A stretch of 64,000 bases of DNA. Origin: Oceanispirochaeta sp. GTDB lineage: Bacteria; Spirochaetota; Spirochaetia; DSM-2461. Below, piece by piece: positions 1-10,026 of the stretch (position 1 is its first letter; every line of letters starts with the position of its first letter). The notes beneath the pieces were generated by a model, which saw nothing but the letters and a program-made list of their open reading frames with translations, was not told where the DNA came from and searched no databases. A program made the translations under genes and the position numbers. Where the stretch lies: NCBI GenBank assembly GCA_963666275.2, contig CAXXOA010000001.1:2112001-2176000 (forward strand). The letters are read 5' to 3'.

Positions 1-997
1 ATATTTCCGGCGGATTGGTATCCCGGACACCGAAAGGTATGGTGGCACCGAGGCCGACGGCATGAATATTATCGTACAGAGGAGCATAGGCTCCCTGGAT
101 TTCTATTTCACTGGTCTGTTTTTCTGTCTTCTCACTATCCTTTCCTTTGAAAGTATAGTTGTAATAGAGCCCTGCCGAAGGCAGGAGGGTCTGGTAGTTG
201 CCGTCAATCAGTTCGCTCATGATCATGGAGGACGAGAGGGCTATCCGGATCTTATCCTGTATCACAACCTGCTGGCCTATTTCAAATCTGAAATCTGTGA
301 AGGTGGGAAATCCCGCGTCTGCCGACATGGTCCACTGAAAGTCGTCTTTTCTGATCAGATCAAAGGCGGCGCCTCCGTTGAGGGTTATATTTTCGGGTAT
401 GGCCCGGTCATATCCGGCGGATGATCCGTAATTGTAGCCCAGCCCCGAAAGAGAACCGCCCCACTGGAAATTTTTGAACTTCCAGAAAGTCCCTGCATGA
501 TGAATTATTCCGAGATTCAGAGAAGAACCCCAGTCAAGATCAGTCCCCAGCGCTCCGGTGACACCGAATCCAGCATAGAGATTCTTGTAAATTTCTTTGG
601 AAAAAGCGATATCCGACTGAAAAAATTCACCGAAATCCATTTCAGTACTTTCCAGCCCCGAAGTTGAGGCAAACCGGAGAGCTCCGGAAAAAACACCGTA
701 TTTGGACGGGTAGGAAATGGCTGTATTCACAGCATGTCCCATACCCTGCATACTGCCGTTCCATTTCTGTAGATTGATGTATCCCGCATCGAGGATCATC
801 CTCTGGAAATTACCGGCTGAAGCGGGATTCAGTGATATCGCTTCGGGGGTATCCATCCTGGTAACAGATGTTCCTCCCCCCAGAAAGAGCGGGGAATAGA
901 GGGATTTTAACAATTCCCCTGAAGACTCTGCAAACAGCATGGTAGAGCTGAGGAGGACCAGTAAAACAAGACTGATCCTACGGATAAGATGACTCAT
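1..997 (-). CDS. Exported outer-membrane-type protein, N-terminal part (runs off the left edge; absent from the ORF track)
   Basis: Manual translation: GGAGG RBS, ATG at 997, signal peptide MSHLIRRISLVLLVLLSSTMLFAE, Gly/aromatic-rich beta-strand-like segments. In frame through the stretches translated, ending ...VGLGATIPFGVRDTNPPEI at the window edge. Confidence 0.75.
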   Translation of the reverse strand, partial: MSHLIRRISLVLLVLLSSTMLFAESSGELLKSLYSPLFLGGGTSVTRMDTPEAISLNPASAGNFQRMILDAGYINLQKWNGSMQGMGHAVNTAISYPSKYGVFSGALRFASTSGLESTEMDFGEFFQSDIAFSKEIYKNLYAGFGVTGALGTDLDWGSSLNLGIIHHAGTFWKFKNFQWGGSLSGLGYNYGSSAGYDRAIPENITLNGGAAFDLIRKDDFQWTMSADAGFPTFTDFRFEIGQQVVIQDKIRIALSSSMIMSELIDGNYQTLLPSAGLYYNYTFKGKDSEKTEKQTSEIEIQGAYAPLYDNIHAVGLGATIPFGVRDTNPPEI

Positions 998-1108
998 GAA
1001 AACCTCCTGGCCTTGTATATTCCGCATAGACTCACTATGGTAAACATAATAATCCTATCACCACAATATACCGAAAGTAATAAAAAAAATACATTTCAGG
1101 AGAGATTA

Positions 1109-1873
1109 ATGGATAAAAATAAGCCCGAACCATGGTTTTCAGATGAGTGGTTCTGGGAAACCTACGGCCCCCTGATGTTTGATCCCCAGAGGATGGCGGA
1201 AACCCCCTCAGAAGTGGATGCCATAATAAAAATGACAGGCCTGGACGGAAAGGCCCGTCTGATGGACTGCTGCTGCGGCATGGGCCGCCATACCATAGAG
1301 CTGGCGTCCAGAGGTCATGAGATGACAGGCATCGATCTCAGCAGAGGTTACCTGAACAAAGCCGTCGCCCTCGCCCGGGACAATGATCTCTCAGTAGACT
1401 GGCAGCATATGAATGTCATGGATCTGGACAGAAACTCCGAGTTTGACGGTATTATCAATATGTTTACGTCTTTCGGCTACTTTGACGATCCTGATGATGA
1501 TCTTGCTATGCTGAAAAAACTCCATAGGGCTCTGAAACCCGATGGGTTCCTTTTTATGGAGATGTGGGGTAAGGAAGTTCTGGCCAGAGATTTCGAAGAG
1601 AGGGTCTGGTTCGAACGGGAAGGCGTAACCATCCTGCTGGAGTACGGAATTGACCTGAACTGGACGGAACTCCGGAACCGCTGGCTCTTCTACAGGAATG
1701 GAAAGATGACGGAATATACCTTCAGTCACCGCATTTTTTCAGCCGCTGAAATGGCCCGGCTTCTGGGTGAAGCCGGTTTTGCCATGGTTGATATCTACGG
1801 AGGGTTCGATGGCAGGATTTACGATCATCAGGCAGAGCGTTTAATCCTGGTCGCCCGCAAGGGTATATCCTGA
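1109..1873 (+). CDS. Class I SAM-dependent methyltransferase
   Basis: Motif I LMDCCCGMGRH, GIDLS, FTSFGYF, LKPDG. Start moved to ATG 1109 after AGGAG. Confidence 0.9.
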   Translation: MDKNKPEPWFSDEWFWETYGPLMFDPQRMAETPSEVDAIIKMTGLDGKARLMDCCCGMGRHTIELASRGHEMTGIDLSRGYLNKAVALARDNDLSVDWQHMNVMDLDRNSEFDGIINMFTSFGYFDDPDDDLAMLKKLHRALKPDGFLFMEMWGKEVLARDFEERVWFEREGVTILLEYGIDLNWTELRNRWLFYRNGKMTEYTFSHRIFSAAEMARLLGEAGFAMVDIYGGFDGRIYDHQAERLILVARKGIS

Positions 1874-2890
1874 ACCGCTGTTTAACTGAAAGGAATCTTT
1901 CAGATTATCGGTGATATAGACCCGGTTGTTTTCATCTATCATGATAACCCCCGTGTCTTCCAGGGTATTTGCCAGAGTCATACCCTCTTCCACTCCCAGT
2001 GCAAAGAGGGCTGTTGAAAGCCCGTCTGCCTGGACACTCCTGGCATGGATGATGGAAGTACTGATAACCCCGTTCTGCACGGGATAACCGGTTTCAGTAT
2101 CCAGAATATGATGGTAATGCACCCCGTCTTCTACAAAAAAACGCTCATACACACCGGATGTAACAATCGCTTTCTCGCTGACTTCAATAATCCCCAGGTA
2201 TTCGCCCCGGGGTTCTCTGGGATCCTGAATCCCGATACGCCAGGGATCTCCGGAGGCCTTTTTACCCATGACAAGTACATTGCCGCCCAGGTTTATGATG
2301 GCCGATCTGATACCGCTGCTCCTGAGGGAATCTCTCACAATATCGGCAGCATATCCTTTAGCAATGCCTCCCAGATCCAGGGAGGCCCCGGGATTCAGAA
2401 GGGAGACCCTGCCGGTATCACTGATTTCTATCTTTTTATAGTCAATGGTTGAAAGGGCTTCTTCCAGGTCTTTCTCTTCCGGAACAGCCGCGTGATCTGT
2501 CCCGATTCCCCACAGGGCGACAAGGCGTCCGATGGAGGGATCAAAGCGGCCGTCTGAAAAGCCGGCAATATCCAGAGCCTGGTTCAGAACGTCCAGAACC
2601 ATGGGATCCGGAGTAAAACCGCTGAGTCCGCTTCTGTTTATGCTTGAAATATCGCTCGTATCAATATTGACGCTCAGGAGATTCTCCATAGACTGGATTT
2701 TCTCAAATGCCAGCGTTATAGCGTCCTGGGGATCCGCCTCTTTCTCCCAGTCCAGAATAGTAATGACACAGGTGGTCCCCAGCAGAAATTCTGAAGAGGT
2801 TACCGGTTCCTTCTCGCCGGTACCGGCACAGGAGGCAACAGCCAATACAGTTAATGCAATTAGAATGCTTTTTTGAATACCTTTGAACAT
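1841..2890 (-). CDS. apbE: FAD:protein FMN transferase (ApbE) lipoprotein
   Basis: Lipobox VASC; DLGGIAKGY, NLGGN, TSGVYER, HHILD, ADGLST motifs. Confidence 0.95.
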   Translation of the reverse strand: MFKGIQKSILIALTVLAVASCAGTGEKEPVTSSEFLLGTTCVITILDWEKEADPQDAITLAFEKIQSMENLLSVNIDTSDISSINRSGLSGFTPDPMVLDVLNQALDIAGFSDGRFDPSIGRLVALWGIGTDHAAVPEEKDLEEALSTIDYKKIEISDTGRVSLLNPGASLDLGGIAKGYAADIVRDSLRSSGIRSAIINLGGNVLVMGKKASGDPWRIGIQDPREPRGEYLGIIEVSEKAIVTSGVYERFFVEDGVHYHHILDTETGYPVQNGVISTSIIHARSVQADGLSTALFALGVEEGMTLANTLEDTGVIMIDENNRVYITDNLKDSFQLNSGSGYTLAGDQD

Positions 2891-3019
2891 GATATGCGAT
2901 TATGAAGAGGAGAGTAAAAAAAGTAAAGTTCCGCAGATGGCAAATAAAAAAATACTGGTAGCCTCATATGTAATCATGATAAGCTGTTTCATCATTAGAA
3001 TAAACGTTGAGATCAATAA

Positions 3020-5080
3020 ATGAAAATTAAAAACAAACTCATTATAGTAAACCTTCTGGTATTTCTGCTCTTTCTGGGAACCTTTTTCCTCTTCTATTTT
3101 TCCGCCCAGAGACTCTTCAGCCTGAAAGAGCTGGAAAGATCAACGATTCTGCTCAGAAATAAAATGCTCAGTCTGGAATACGCCAATAATGCTGTATTGA
3201 AATCTCCGGATATTCCCATGTACAAAATGGAAAGAGCCTACATGGAGCTCAATGAGTCACTGGACAGCCTGGTGGAAAATGAGAACCTGAAATACCTGGA
3301 CGAATCGACGGCAAGAACAATCAATCTTTATTACAATTTTATTTCAGCCAGAGATTTTGACCTCTACTATGCGGAAATCGTCAGTGAGATTTCCAGTCTC
3401 AGAGTAAAGATTTACGGATCATCCATTGAAAAGGTTTATCTGAATTGGAAAACAGGCCTGATGACAGACCGGGAGCTTTACGACAGAATCAATCTGATAA
3501 GGATGAAAATCCTTGAGTTTTCAGACTGGTATCACCCCTTTTCCGTTCAGTTTAAAAATATTACCGATGAAGTGCTTGTGACTGTGCAGGGCCAGATAGC
3601 CTGGGTTCTCTCTCTTACAGGAACCGCACTGGCCGTATCCCTTCTGATCTCCCTTGCGGTCATTATTTTCATTTACCGGAATATGATCAACAGGATTCAG
3701 AGTGTCAGATCCGGAATTGCCGAGATATCCGGAGGGAACCTGACCACCCGTATCAAGGTGGACTGGGATGACGAACTGGCGACTATGAGCGAAAACTTCA
3801 ATATCCTGACGGAAACAATTTGGACAAGGCTCAATACCATTGGAAGTATTATTCATAATATCGGGCAGTCACTGACCCAGGATCCTGAAACATCCAGACT
3901 GGAAGAGACAATCCTCCGCCTGGCCATTGAGAATACCCAGGCCGAAAACGGGGCTTTCTATAAAACAGATACGGAACGGAAAGTGATATATCCCGTTCAT
4001 AAAACTCCCGACTATGCCCCCCCCTACGATCCTGACAAATTCGGTGAGGAAATTCCTTTTGGAAAAACTGTCCTGGGCATCGCCGCCGTATCGGAGGAAG
4101 CTGTTTTTATTAAAGAAGAGAGAGGACAGAATCTGATCCCCCTGAAACTCAGTATAGAAAAAAATTATATTTCCTCCTGTATAGTCCTCCCCCTGATTTC
4201 CGAAAGAGAGCTCATCGGGATCATCTGTCTGGAGAAAAACACAAAACGGCAGCTCTTCAGAGATATGGATTTTTCCAATATCCTCTCTTTTATTGAATTC
4301 AGTGCGGTGACCCTGAAAAACCTGGAAAAGTACTCGGAGCTCCTCCAGTCTACGGGGCTGAACAGGGAAATGCAGATTGCCTCGGACATCCAGAAGAGCC
4401 TTCTTCCCCCGCGAATACCGAAAGTGCCGCATTTCGATATTGCCGTTAATACCTACAGCGTCCGGGGGATAAGCGGGGATATATACGATTTTTTCCCTGT
4501 GGATCACGGCAGATGGCTCTTCTGTATGGCCGAAGTGAGGGAAAAAGGGATTGTCTCCTCAATGATTCTTGTTATCCTCCGAACCCTGATCAGGATTCTG
4601 GTCAGTCCCGGCCAGGATCCCTCGGAACTTATGGATAAACTCTTAAAAAGTTTCAGAGAGACAACAGGCCTTTCGACGAAGATCCACATCAGCCTTTGCC
4701 TAATGGAGCCGGAGGAGAAATCTTTCATCTACTGTGGTACGGAAGAGCAGAAACTCCTTGTTTTCAACAGGGAAAGCGGAAGGATAAACCTGCTGGAATC
4801 CTCCCGGAATGCCGAAGGCCTGTATACGTCGCTCAAGGGGATCATGAAGGATTCTGATAAACTTGTGATTATGACAGATGGTTTCTACAATTCTGTGAAC
4901 AGCGAAGGAAAAGCCTACGGCTGGAATCCTGTCATGAAGATTGTGGAAAAATACTCTGACCGCAGCAGCAGCTGGCTTCAGGATGCCATCCTCAAAGATG
5001 TCAGATTCTTTGAAAAAGGTACGGAACAGTCCGATGACCGATCCATGTTTATTGCCTCATTCAAGGAGAATTCCAAATGA
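3020..5080 (+). CDS. Membrane HAMP-GAF-PP2C/SpoIIE protein with degenerate phosphatase motifs
   Basis: 2 TM helices, HAMP (DELATMSENFN), GAF, IQKSLLP, GDIYDF, TDG, SDDRS. Motif 2 reads AEVREKG instead of DVxGxG. Confidence 0.85.
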   Translation: MKIKNKLIIVNLLVFLLFLGTFFLFYFSAQRLFSLKELERSTILLRNKMLSLEYANNAVLKSPDIPMYKMERAYMELNESLDSLVENENLKYLDESTARTINLYYNFISARDFDLYYAEIVSEISSLRVKIYGSSIEKVYLNWKTGLMTDRELYDRINLIRMKILEFSDWYHPFSVQFKNITDEVLVTVQGQIAWVLSLTGTALAVSLLISLAVIIFIYRNMINRIQSVRSGIAEISGGNLTTRIKVDWDDELATMSENFNILTETIWTRLNTIGSIIHNIGQSLTQDPETSRLEETILRLAIENTQAENGAFYKTDTERKVIYPVHKTPDYAPPYDPDKFGEEIPFGKTVLGIAAVSEEAVFIKEERGQNLIPLKLSIEKNYISSCIVLPLISERELIGIICLEKNTKRQLFRDMDFSNILSFIEFSAVTLKNLEKYSELLQSTGLNREMQIASDIQKSLLPPRIPKVPHFDIAVNTYSVRGISGDIYDFFPVDHGRWLFCMAEVREKGIVSSMILVILRTLIRILVSPGQDPSELMDKLLKSFRETTGLSTKIHISLCLMEPEEKSFIYCGTEEQKLLVFNRESGRINLLESSRNAEGLYTSLKGIMKDSDKLVIMTDGFYNSVNSEGKAYGWNPVMKIVEKYSDRSSSWLQDAILKDVRFFEKGTEQSDDRSMFIASFKENSK

Positions 5081-7203
5081 AAGTTCAAAAGAAACTCACC
5101 CTTACAAGTATAATCCTCATTTCAGGACTGCTCTTCTCCTCGGGACTGCTTTTTGTCAGGATTTTTAATGTCTATCGACTTCAGAATTATGTAGAAGGGA
5201 CCCTGGAAATGGACATTGCCATGAACCGCTATCTGGACCGGAATCTCTCTCTTTTTACAGAAGTGGGCAATCCTGTGGGAATTACCGAGTTATGGTTCCG
5301 TGATCTTATGGATTTTCATAACAAGTTAACCACCTCCATTGAATCCAGTGCCATCCGGCATACCAGCCGGGAATACAAACAGACTATAGATTCCGTTTCC
5401 CGTTCCTGGGATAAGCTGCTTCATGATCAGATCAATCCCATTCAGTCTGAAATGAACAGAGTGGGATACTCGGACATTCTAAAAAACGATAACCGCAGCA
5501 GCTTCTATCATACCCTTGTGGAACAGAGGGCTCTGGGAAATACCTCTTCTGTAGAACAGTTTGAAAAGATTGAAGCCTATCTGATGGATCTCTATGTCAG
5601 CCTGAATGTATTCTCCTTTTCCATAGACTCGCTTCTTGTCCGGGCAGACAATGAACTGGTCCGCTACAGGCAGCAGAGTGTCCTGATAACTTTCATAATG
5701 GTTACCACGATCCTGCTTGGGACCATGTTCTTCAGTATCCGGTTCTCCAACAACCTGATACAGAGGATCGTCGTAACCAACCGGCAGGTTCAGGACATTG
5801 CCGAAGGAAAACTGAAATTCGAGGATACAAGCAAAAGCAAGTACAAGGATGAGTTTGATGAGCTCCTTGAAAACTACCAGCTCTTCTCCCATATCCTGTC
5901 AGACCGGCTGGATTCGCTCAAATTCCTTCTGAAGGATATCGGCAACACTCTGGGGAATGAGACAGACATTAAAGAACTTCAGGAAACAATTGTGGAGCTG
6001 GGTATGGATGCGGTCGGCGCAGACAGCGGAATGCTCTTCCTGGCGGATGCCCAGCTTGAAAGCCTGGAACTGGTTCACAGAATCGGTTTCTGCCCTCCTC
6101 CCTTTCATCTTGACAGAAATATCTCTGCCAACCGTTCCAATGTGGAAAACTACTATGAAACTCACCCCGTCACCAAGGACTCTCCCGTATTCGGGACCCT
6201 TCTCACAGGCGGAGAGGGTATTTTTGTAAAAAACAATGAGCATGACAGGATATTCCCCTATAACAGCGACCATTACGAATGGCTGTTCATCTCGTCCATG
6301 ATGGCGCTGCCTCTCATTGTTTCCAGCCGTCTGCTGGGAATGCTTGTGTTCTACAAAAAAACAAGACAGGATGTCTTTTCCGATCTGGACTACACCTTTT
6401 TCCGGGCCTATACAGACTATACGGCCCAGTCTGTGGATAATGTCCACAAATACCGGTCTCTACTGGAAAACAGGGAAATTCAGAGAGAAATTGATATCGC
6501 CGCGGGGATTCAGAAAAGGCTCCTGCCCGAAGAGCTCCCCTCTTTTGACAATGGATCCGCCAGGATCTACTCCCTTCCCGCCAGAGGTATCAGCGGTGAC
6601 TATTTTGATGCCATCCGGCTGGATGACAAAAGGATTCTCTATACGATCTGCGATGTAGCCGGAAAAGGAGTTCCCGCTTCCATGCTGATGATTATGATCA
6701 GAACAATCCTTCATACCATCAGCCACAGACACAAAGCGGCCCACACTCTGCTCAGAGAGCTGAACTACCACATAGCCGGAAGGATCGGTGTCGACCAGTA
6801 TGCCACCATGGCCGTGTTTATCCTTGATACGGAAAACAGGGAGATATCCTACTCCAATGCGGCCCACCATCCTCTGTACATCTTCAGGAATAAAGAGAAA
6901 AAATTCCGGAGTTTTGATACGGAAGGTCTTCCGATCGGAGTGGATAAACAGGGTCAGTTCGGACATAAAAGGATAAAGCTGCACACGGGAGATTATATTT
7001 TTCTATTTACAGACGGACTTCCCGAAGCGAGAAACTCAGCGGGAGAGGAGCTGACCAATGAGAAACTGCTCAAGCTCCTGTCACAGATAACTGACAGGGA
7101 ACCGGAAGATCTGACAAGTGCCGTCCGGAGCTTTCTGAACCGCTATTCAGGAAACTCCAAGCAGCATGATGATCAAACCTTCCTGGCTCTTAAGATTTCA
7201 TAG
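5077..7203 (+). CDS. Membrane HAMP-GAF-PP2C/SpoIIE family serine phosphatase
   Basis: GDYFD, CDVAGKG, NAAH, GLPIG, FTDG, HDDQT all canonical. ATGA overlap with the upstream paralog. Confidence 0.92.
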   Translation: MKVQKKLTLTSIILISGLLFSSGLLFVRIFNVYRLQNYVEGTLEMDIAMNRYLDRNLSLFTEVGNPVGITELWFRDLMDFHNKLTTSIESSAIRHTSREYKQTIDSVSRSWDKLLHDQINPIQSEMNRVGYSDILKNDNRSSFYHTLVEQRALGNTSSVEQFEKIEAYLMDLYVSLNVFSFSIDSLLVRADNELVRYRQQSVLITFIMVTTILLGTMFFSIRFSNNLIQRIVVTNRQVQDIAEGKLKFEDTSKSKYKDEFDELLENYQLFSHILSDRLDSLKFLLKDIGNTLGNETDIKELQETIVELGMDAVGADSGMLFLADAQLESLELVHRIGFCPPPFHLDRNISANRSNVENYYETHPVTKDSPVFGTLLTGGEGIFVKNNEHDRIFPYNSDHYEWLFISSMMALPLIVSSRLLGMLVFYKKTRQDVFSDLDYTFFRAYTDYTAQSVDNVHKYRSLLENREIQREIDIAAGIQKRLLPEELPSFDNGSARIYSLPARGISGDYFDAIRLDDKRILYTICDVAGKGVPASMLMIMIRTILHTISHRHKAAHTLLRELNYHIAGRIGVDQYATMAVFILDTENREISYSNAAHHPLYIFRNKEKKFRSFDTEGLPIGVDKQGQFGHKRIKLHTGDYIFLFTDGLPEARNSAGEELTNEKLLKLLSQITDREPEDLTSAVRSFLNRYSGNSKQHDDQTFLALKIS

Positions 7204-7755
7204 TTTTCTGTAGCTGTAGGTATAAAGGAGGATAAGAATTCCTCCTGCCAGAGTGAAAAATCCGATAATTCTGAAGAGAAGCAGGGCGGAGAAGACGGGA
7301 GCAAAACAGAGAAGGATTCCCAGGAGCAGCATAATAACCGTTCTGACACTGCCTTCTCCGGGAGAGAAAGATCTTCTTACAAGAAGGTCCTGCAGATTGG
7401 ATATAATCAGAACGATCCCTCCCGCTACCAGGGGGATTCCCATACCTATTTTGGCAAAACTGAAGGGATACCATAAAATGAGCACACCCCCAATGATAAA
7501 CACGGCTCCTCTGAGAAGGAGGCGCCACCACCCTTTGTCCGAACCGGAAGCCTGGAATGCCAGAACAGTCTGACCTATCCCCTGAATGAGCAGATAGAGG
7601 CCGAAGGTTACGGAGATAAAAATAAGCCCCAGTTTGGGGAACAGAATGAGAGCCAGCCCCGCCAGACAGAGGATGCCCCCCTGCATAAAGGGATATATTT
7701 TCACTTTTTCGTAATAATCATTTTCGCTGTCGATATCTTCTATTGTTCCTTTCAT
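7198..7755 (-). CDS. HdeD/DUF308-like membrane protein
   Basis: About 6 short hydrophobic helices with a repeated G-I-L-x-L-x-x-P pattern. Confidence 0.7.
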   Translation of the reverse strand: MKGTIEDIDSENDYYEKVKIYPFMQGGILCLAGLALILFPKLGLIFISVTFGLYLLIQGIGQTVLAFQASGSDKGWWRLLLRGAVFIIGGVLILWYPFSFAKIGMGIPLVAGGIVLIISNLQDLLVRRSFSPGEGSVRTVIMLLLGILLCFAPVFSALLLFRIIGFFTLAGGILILLYTYSYRKL

Positions 7756-7776
7756 GAATAAACCCCGATGATGCAC

Positions 7777-7803
7777 CCCCTCCCGGAAAGATCCCGGGAG
7801 GGG
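7777..7803. terminator. GC-rich hairpin downstream of the nqr-like operon
   Basis: cccctcccgg / ccgggagggg inverted repeat; no U-tract on the minus strand. Confidence 0.45.
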
Positions 7804-7822
7804 TAGATTATTTTTTATTAGA

Positions 7823-8275
7823 TTAATCTTCCAGAACTTTAACCAGCGTGTCCGGTTCCAATCTGAAAGGAGAGCCTTTGCCCTCCATAAAATGATGCTT
7901 CTGCATAAGATGAAGAGAGAGAGCTGAAACCATGATGGTTGTTCCGTTTTTCAGGTTTTTGATCACAGTTGTGATTTTACGCTGAATGCCGTCTTCAAAG
8001 GGACAGGCCAGATGACCTCTGGCTTCGGTGGTCTGGACAAGCCATTTCCCTTCGATGGTAATCGGTTCACCCAGGCCGTTTCTGCCTTCCTCCATCAGAT
8101 CTTTGAGAATCTGGACCGTCTCTTCCATATCCAGACCATGATAGCGCATGTGCTCTTCATCTTCCGTGATGATCTCCTGCAGAGGACGTTTATCATCTCC
8201 CAGAAAACCGTCAGCCGTGATTACCCCGGGAGCCATATTCTCCTGGGCTTTTTTCATGTTTGGTGACATTTTCAT
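7823..8275 (-). CDS. Hypothetical soluble protein, last gene of the nqr-like operon
   Basis: GGAGG RBS, 15 bp after the nqrF stop. Motifs GFLG, RGHLACPF, HLMQKHHFMEGKGSPFRLEP. Confidence 0.85.
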   Translation of the reverse strand: MKMSPNMKKAQENMAPGVITADGFLGDDKRPLQEIITEDEEHMRYHGLDMEETVQILKDLMEEGRNGLGEPITIEGKWLVQTTEARGHLACPFEDGIQRKITTVIKNLKNGTTIMVSALSLHLMQKHHFMEGKGSPFRLEPDTLVKVLED

Positions 8276-8290
8276 ATACTGTCCTCCCTA

Positions 8291-9403
8291 TCAGGCGAAT
8301 TTATCGTAATAGATTTTTTCAAGGGGAATACCATTGTCGGTCATCACATTGTTACAGGCATTGATCATACCGGGACTACCGCACAGATATCCTTCCATGT
8401 CCTTATCCACGCCGATTTTTTCTTTAATGTACCGGTCAAGCACATCTGTAATCAGACCGGTATCCCCTGTCCAGTTTTCCTCTTCCTGGGGTTCGGAAAG
8501 AGCGGGAACAAAATGGAAGTTGGGGAGTTTTTCCTCCAGTGCTTTCATCTCATCCATATAGAACATATCCTTGGTTGTTCTGGCTCCGAAAAAGTACCAG
8601 ACCTCCCTGTCGGTTATGTTATTGTCCACCAGGTCATTCAGAATCGATTTAAAGGGGGCCATACCGGATCCTCCGGCGACACAGATCATGGCCGCATTGG
8701 TATCGGATCGCTGGAAATCACCGAAAGGCCCGATCAGATCCATCTGATCTCCCTCTTTCAGATGCTCATGCACATAGGTAGTGGCAATACCGCCGGGAAC
8801 AAGCCTTATGAGAACTTCCACCTTATTTTTATCCAGAGGTCTGGAAGACATGGAATAGGCTCTCTGAGTCGTTCCCTTTACTTTCCCGTAGGGAGGAACC
8901 ACAACCTGAATGTACATACCCGATGTAAAGTTGATTTCTTCATCACCAAGATCAAAAAGGACCTCCTTTATATCGTAGGTGAGATCCCGGATACTTTCGA
9001 CTCTGGCTTTGAACTGTTTGACATTGAACAGGGCATCGGGGATCTGGATCTTAAGATCGGATTTCACTTTGACCTGACAGGAAAGGTGAATATTCTCTTT
9101 GATCTCCTCATCAGTCAGATAGGGAGTCTCCGTGGGGAGATGGGGTCCCACATCGCTGAGGATCTGGCACTTACAGGCACCGCAGCTTCCTCTTCCTCCG
9201 CAGGCGGAAGGAAGAAATATTCCTTCCGAAGCAAGAAGGCCCAGGAGCTTATCCCCTCCCTTGACATTCAATTCCTTCTTGCCGTTGTTTATATCAATTT
9301 TTACATCGCCGTAATTATTGACGATACTATCCACTATCGCGATCAGAGCTGCCAGAACAGCAGAAATACCGGCAACAGTAAGGGGAGCAATAATAAAACT
9401 CAT
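8291..9403 (-). CDS. nqrF: NqrF-like subunit (N-terminal TM, 2Fe-2S, FAD, NAD-binding)
   Basis: CGGRGSCGAC...LSCQ, RAYSMSS, GPFGDF, AGGSGMAP, GAR, YLCGSPGM, C-terminal YYDKF. Confidence 0.9.
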   Translation of the reverse strand: MSFIIAPLTVAGISAVLAALIAIVDSIVNNYGDVKIDINNGKKELNVKGGDKLLGLLASEGIFLPSACGGRGSCGACKCQILSDVGPHLPTETPYLTDEEIKENIHLSCQVKVKSDLKIQIPDALFNVKQFKARVESIRDLTYDIKEVLFDLGDEEINFTSGMYIQVVVPPYGKVKGTTQRAYSMSSRPLDKNKVEVLIRLVPGGIATTYVHEHLKEGDQMDLIGPFGDFQRSDTNAAMICVAGGSGMAPFKSILNDLVDNNITDREVWYFFGARTTKDMFYMDEMKALEEKLPNFHFVPALSEPQEEENWTGDTGLITDVLDRYIKEKIGVDKDMEGYLCGSPGMINACNNVMTDNGIPLEKIYYDKFA

Positions 9404-9432
9404 CGAATCATACCTCCTTCAGTTTCCCGGTT

Positions 9433-10026
9433 CTACTGTACGCTCAGCATGCCGGAGAATCCGACAAATGCCATGGCCATAAAACCGATTGTAATCAGGG
9501 TGATACCCGGGCCTTCCAGTCCGGCCGGCACAGGAGACTTCTTCAGTTTTTTCTGAATCGCAGCCAGAGCCATAATGGCCAGCCACCATCCCAGTCCGGA
9601 ACCGAAACCGTAGAACAGGGTCTGCAGAAAACTGTAATTCCTGATCTCGATAAAAAGGGCGACTCCCAGGATGGCGCAGTTCACTGTAATAAGGGGCAGA
9701 AAAATACCCAGGGAGAGATAGAGACCGGGAGAAACACGGTCGATCACCATTTCAAGAATCTGTACGGTTGCCGCAATAACGATAATGAAAACAATGAATC
9801 TCAGGTACAGCAGATCCAGGGGGATGAGCATGTAGTTGAGAACCGCCCAGTTGATGACCGAAGTGATGGTCAGAACAACCGTAACGGCCATACCCAGCCC
9901 GTTGGAGGATTTGATATCCTTGGAGATTGATATGAACGAACACATACCCAGGAAGTTGGCCAGGAGTATGTTACTTGTAAATATGGAAGCAAAGAGAAGG
10001 ACGATTGGATTTATATCTGGTGTCAT
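9433..10026 (-). CDS. nqrE: NqrE/RnfA family membrane subunit
   Basis: FLGMC, FLPLITVNCAI, VPAGLEGPGITLIT...FSG. Confidence 0.9.
   Translation of the reverse strand: MTPDINPIVLLFASIFTSNILLANFLGMCSFISISKDIKSSNGLGMAVTVVLTITSVINWAVLNYMLIPLDLLYLRFIVFIIVIAATVQILEMVIDRVSPGLYLSLGIFLPLITVNCAILGVALFIEIRNYSFLQTLFYGFGSGLGWWLAIMALAAIQKKLKKSPVPAGLEGPGITLITIGFMAMAFVGFSGMLSVQ

Noticed and set aside
62..899. Plus-strand ORFs 62-424 and 717-899
   Set aside because: Antisense to the real minus-strand gene starting at 997
989..1108. N-terminal extension of the methyltransferase ORF
   Set aside because: Overlaps the divergent promoter region; the RBS supports ATG 1109
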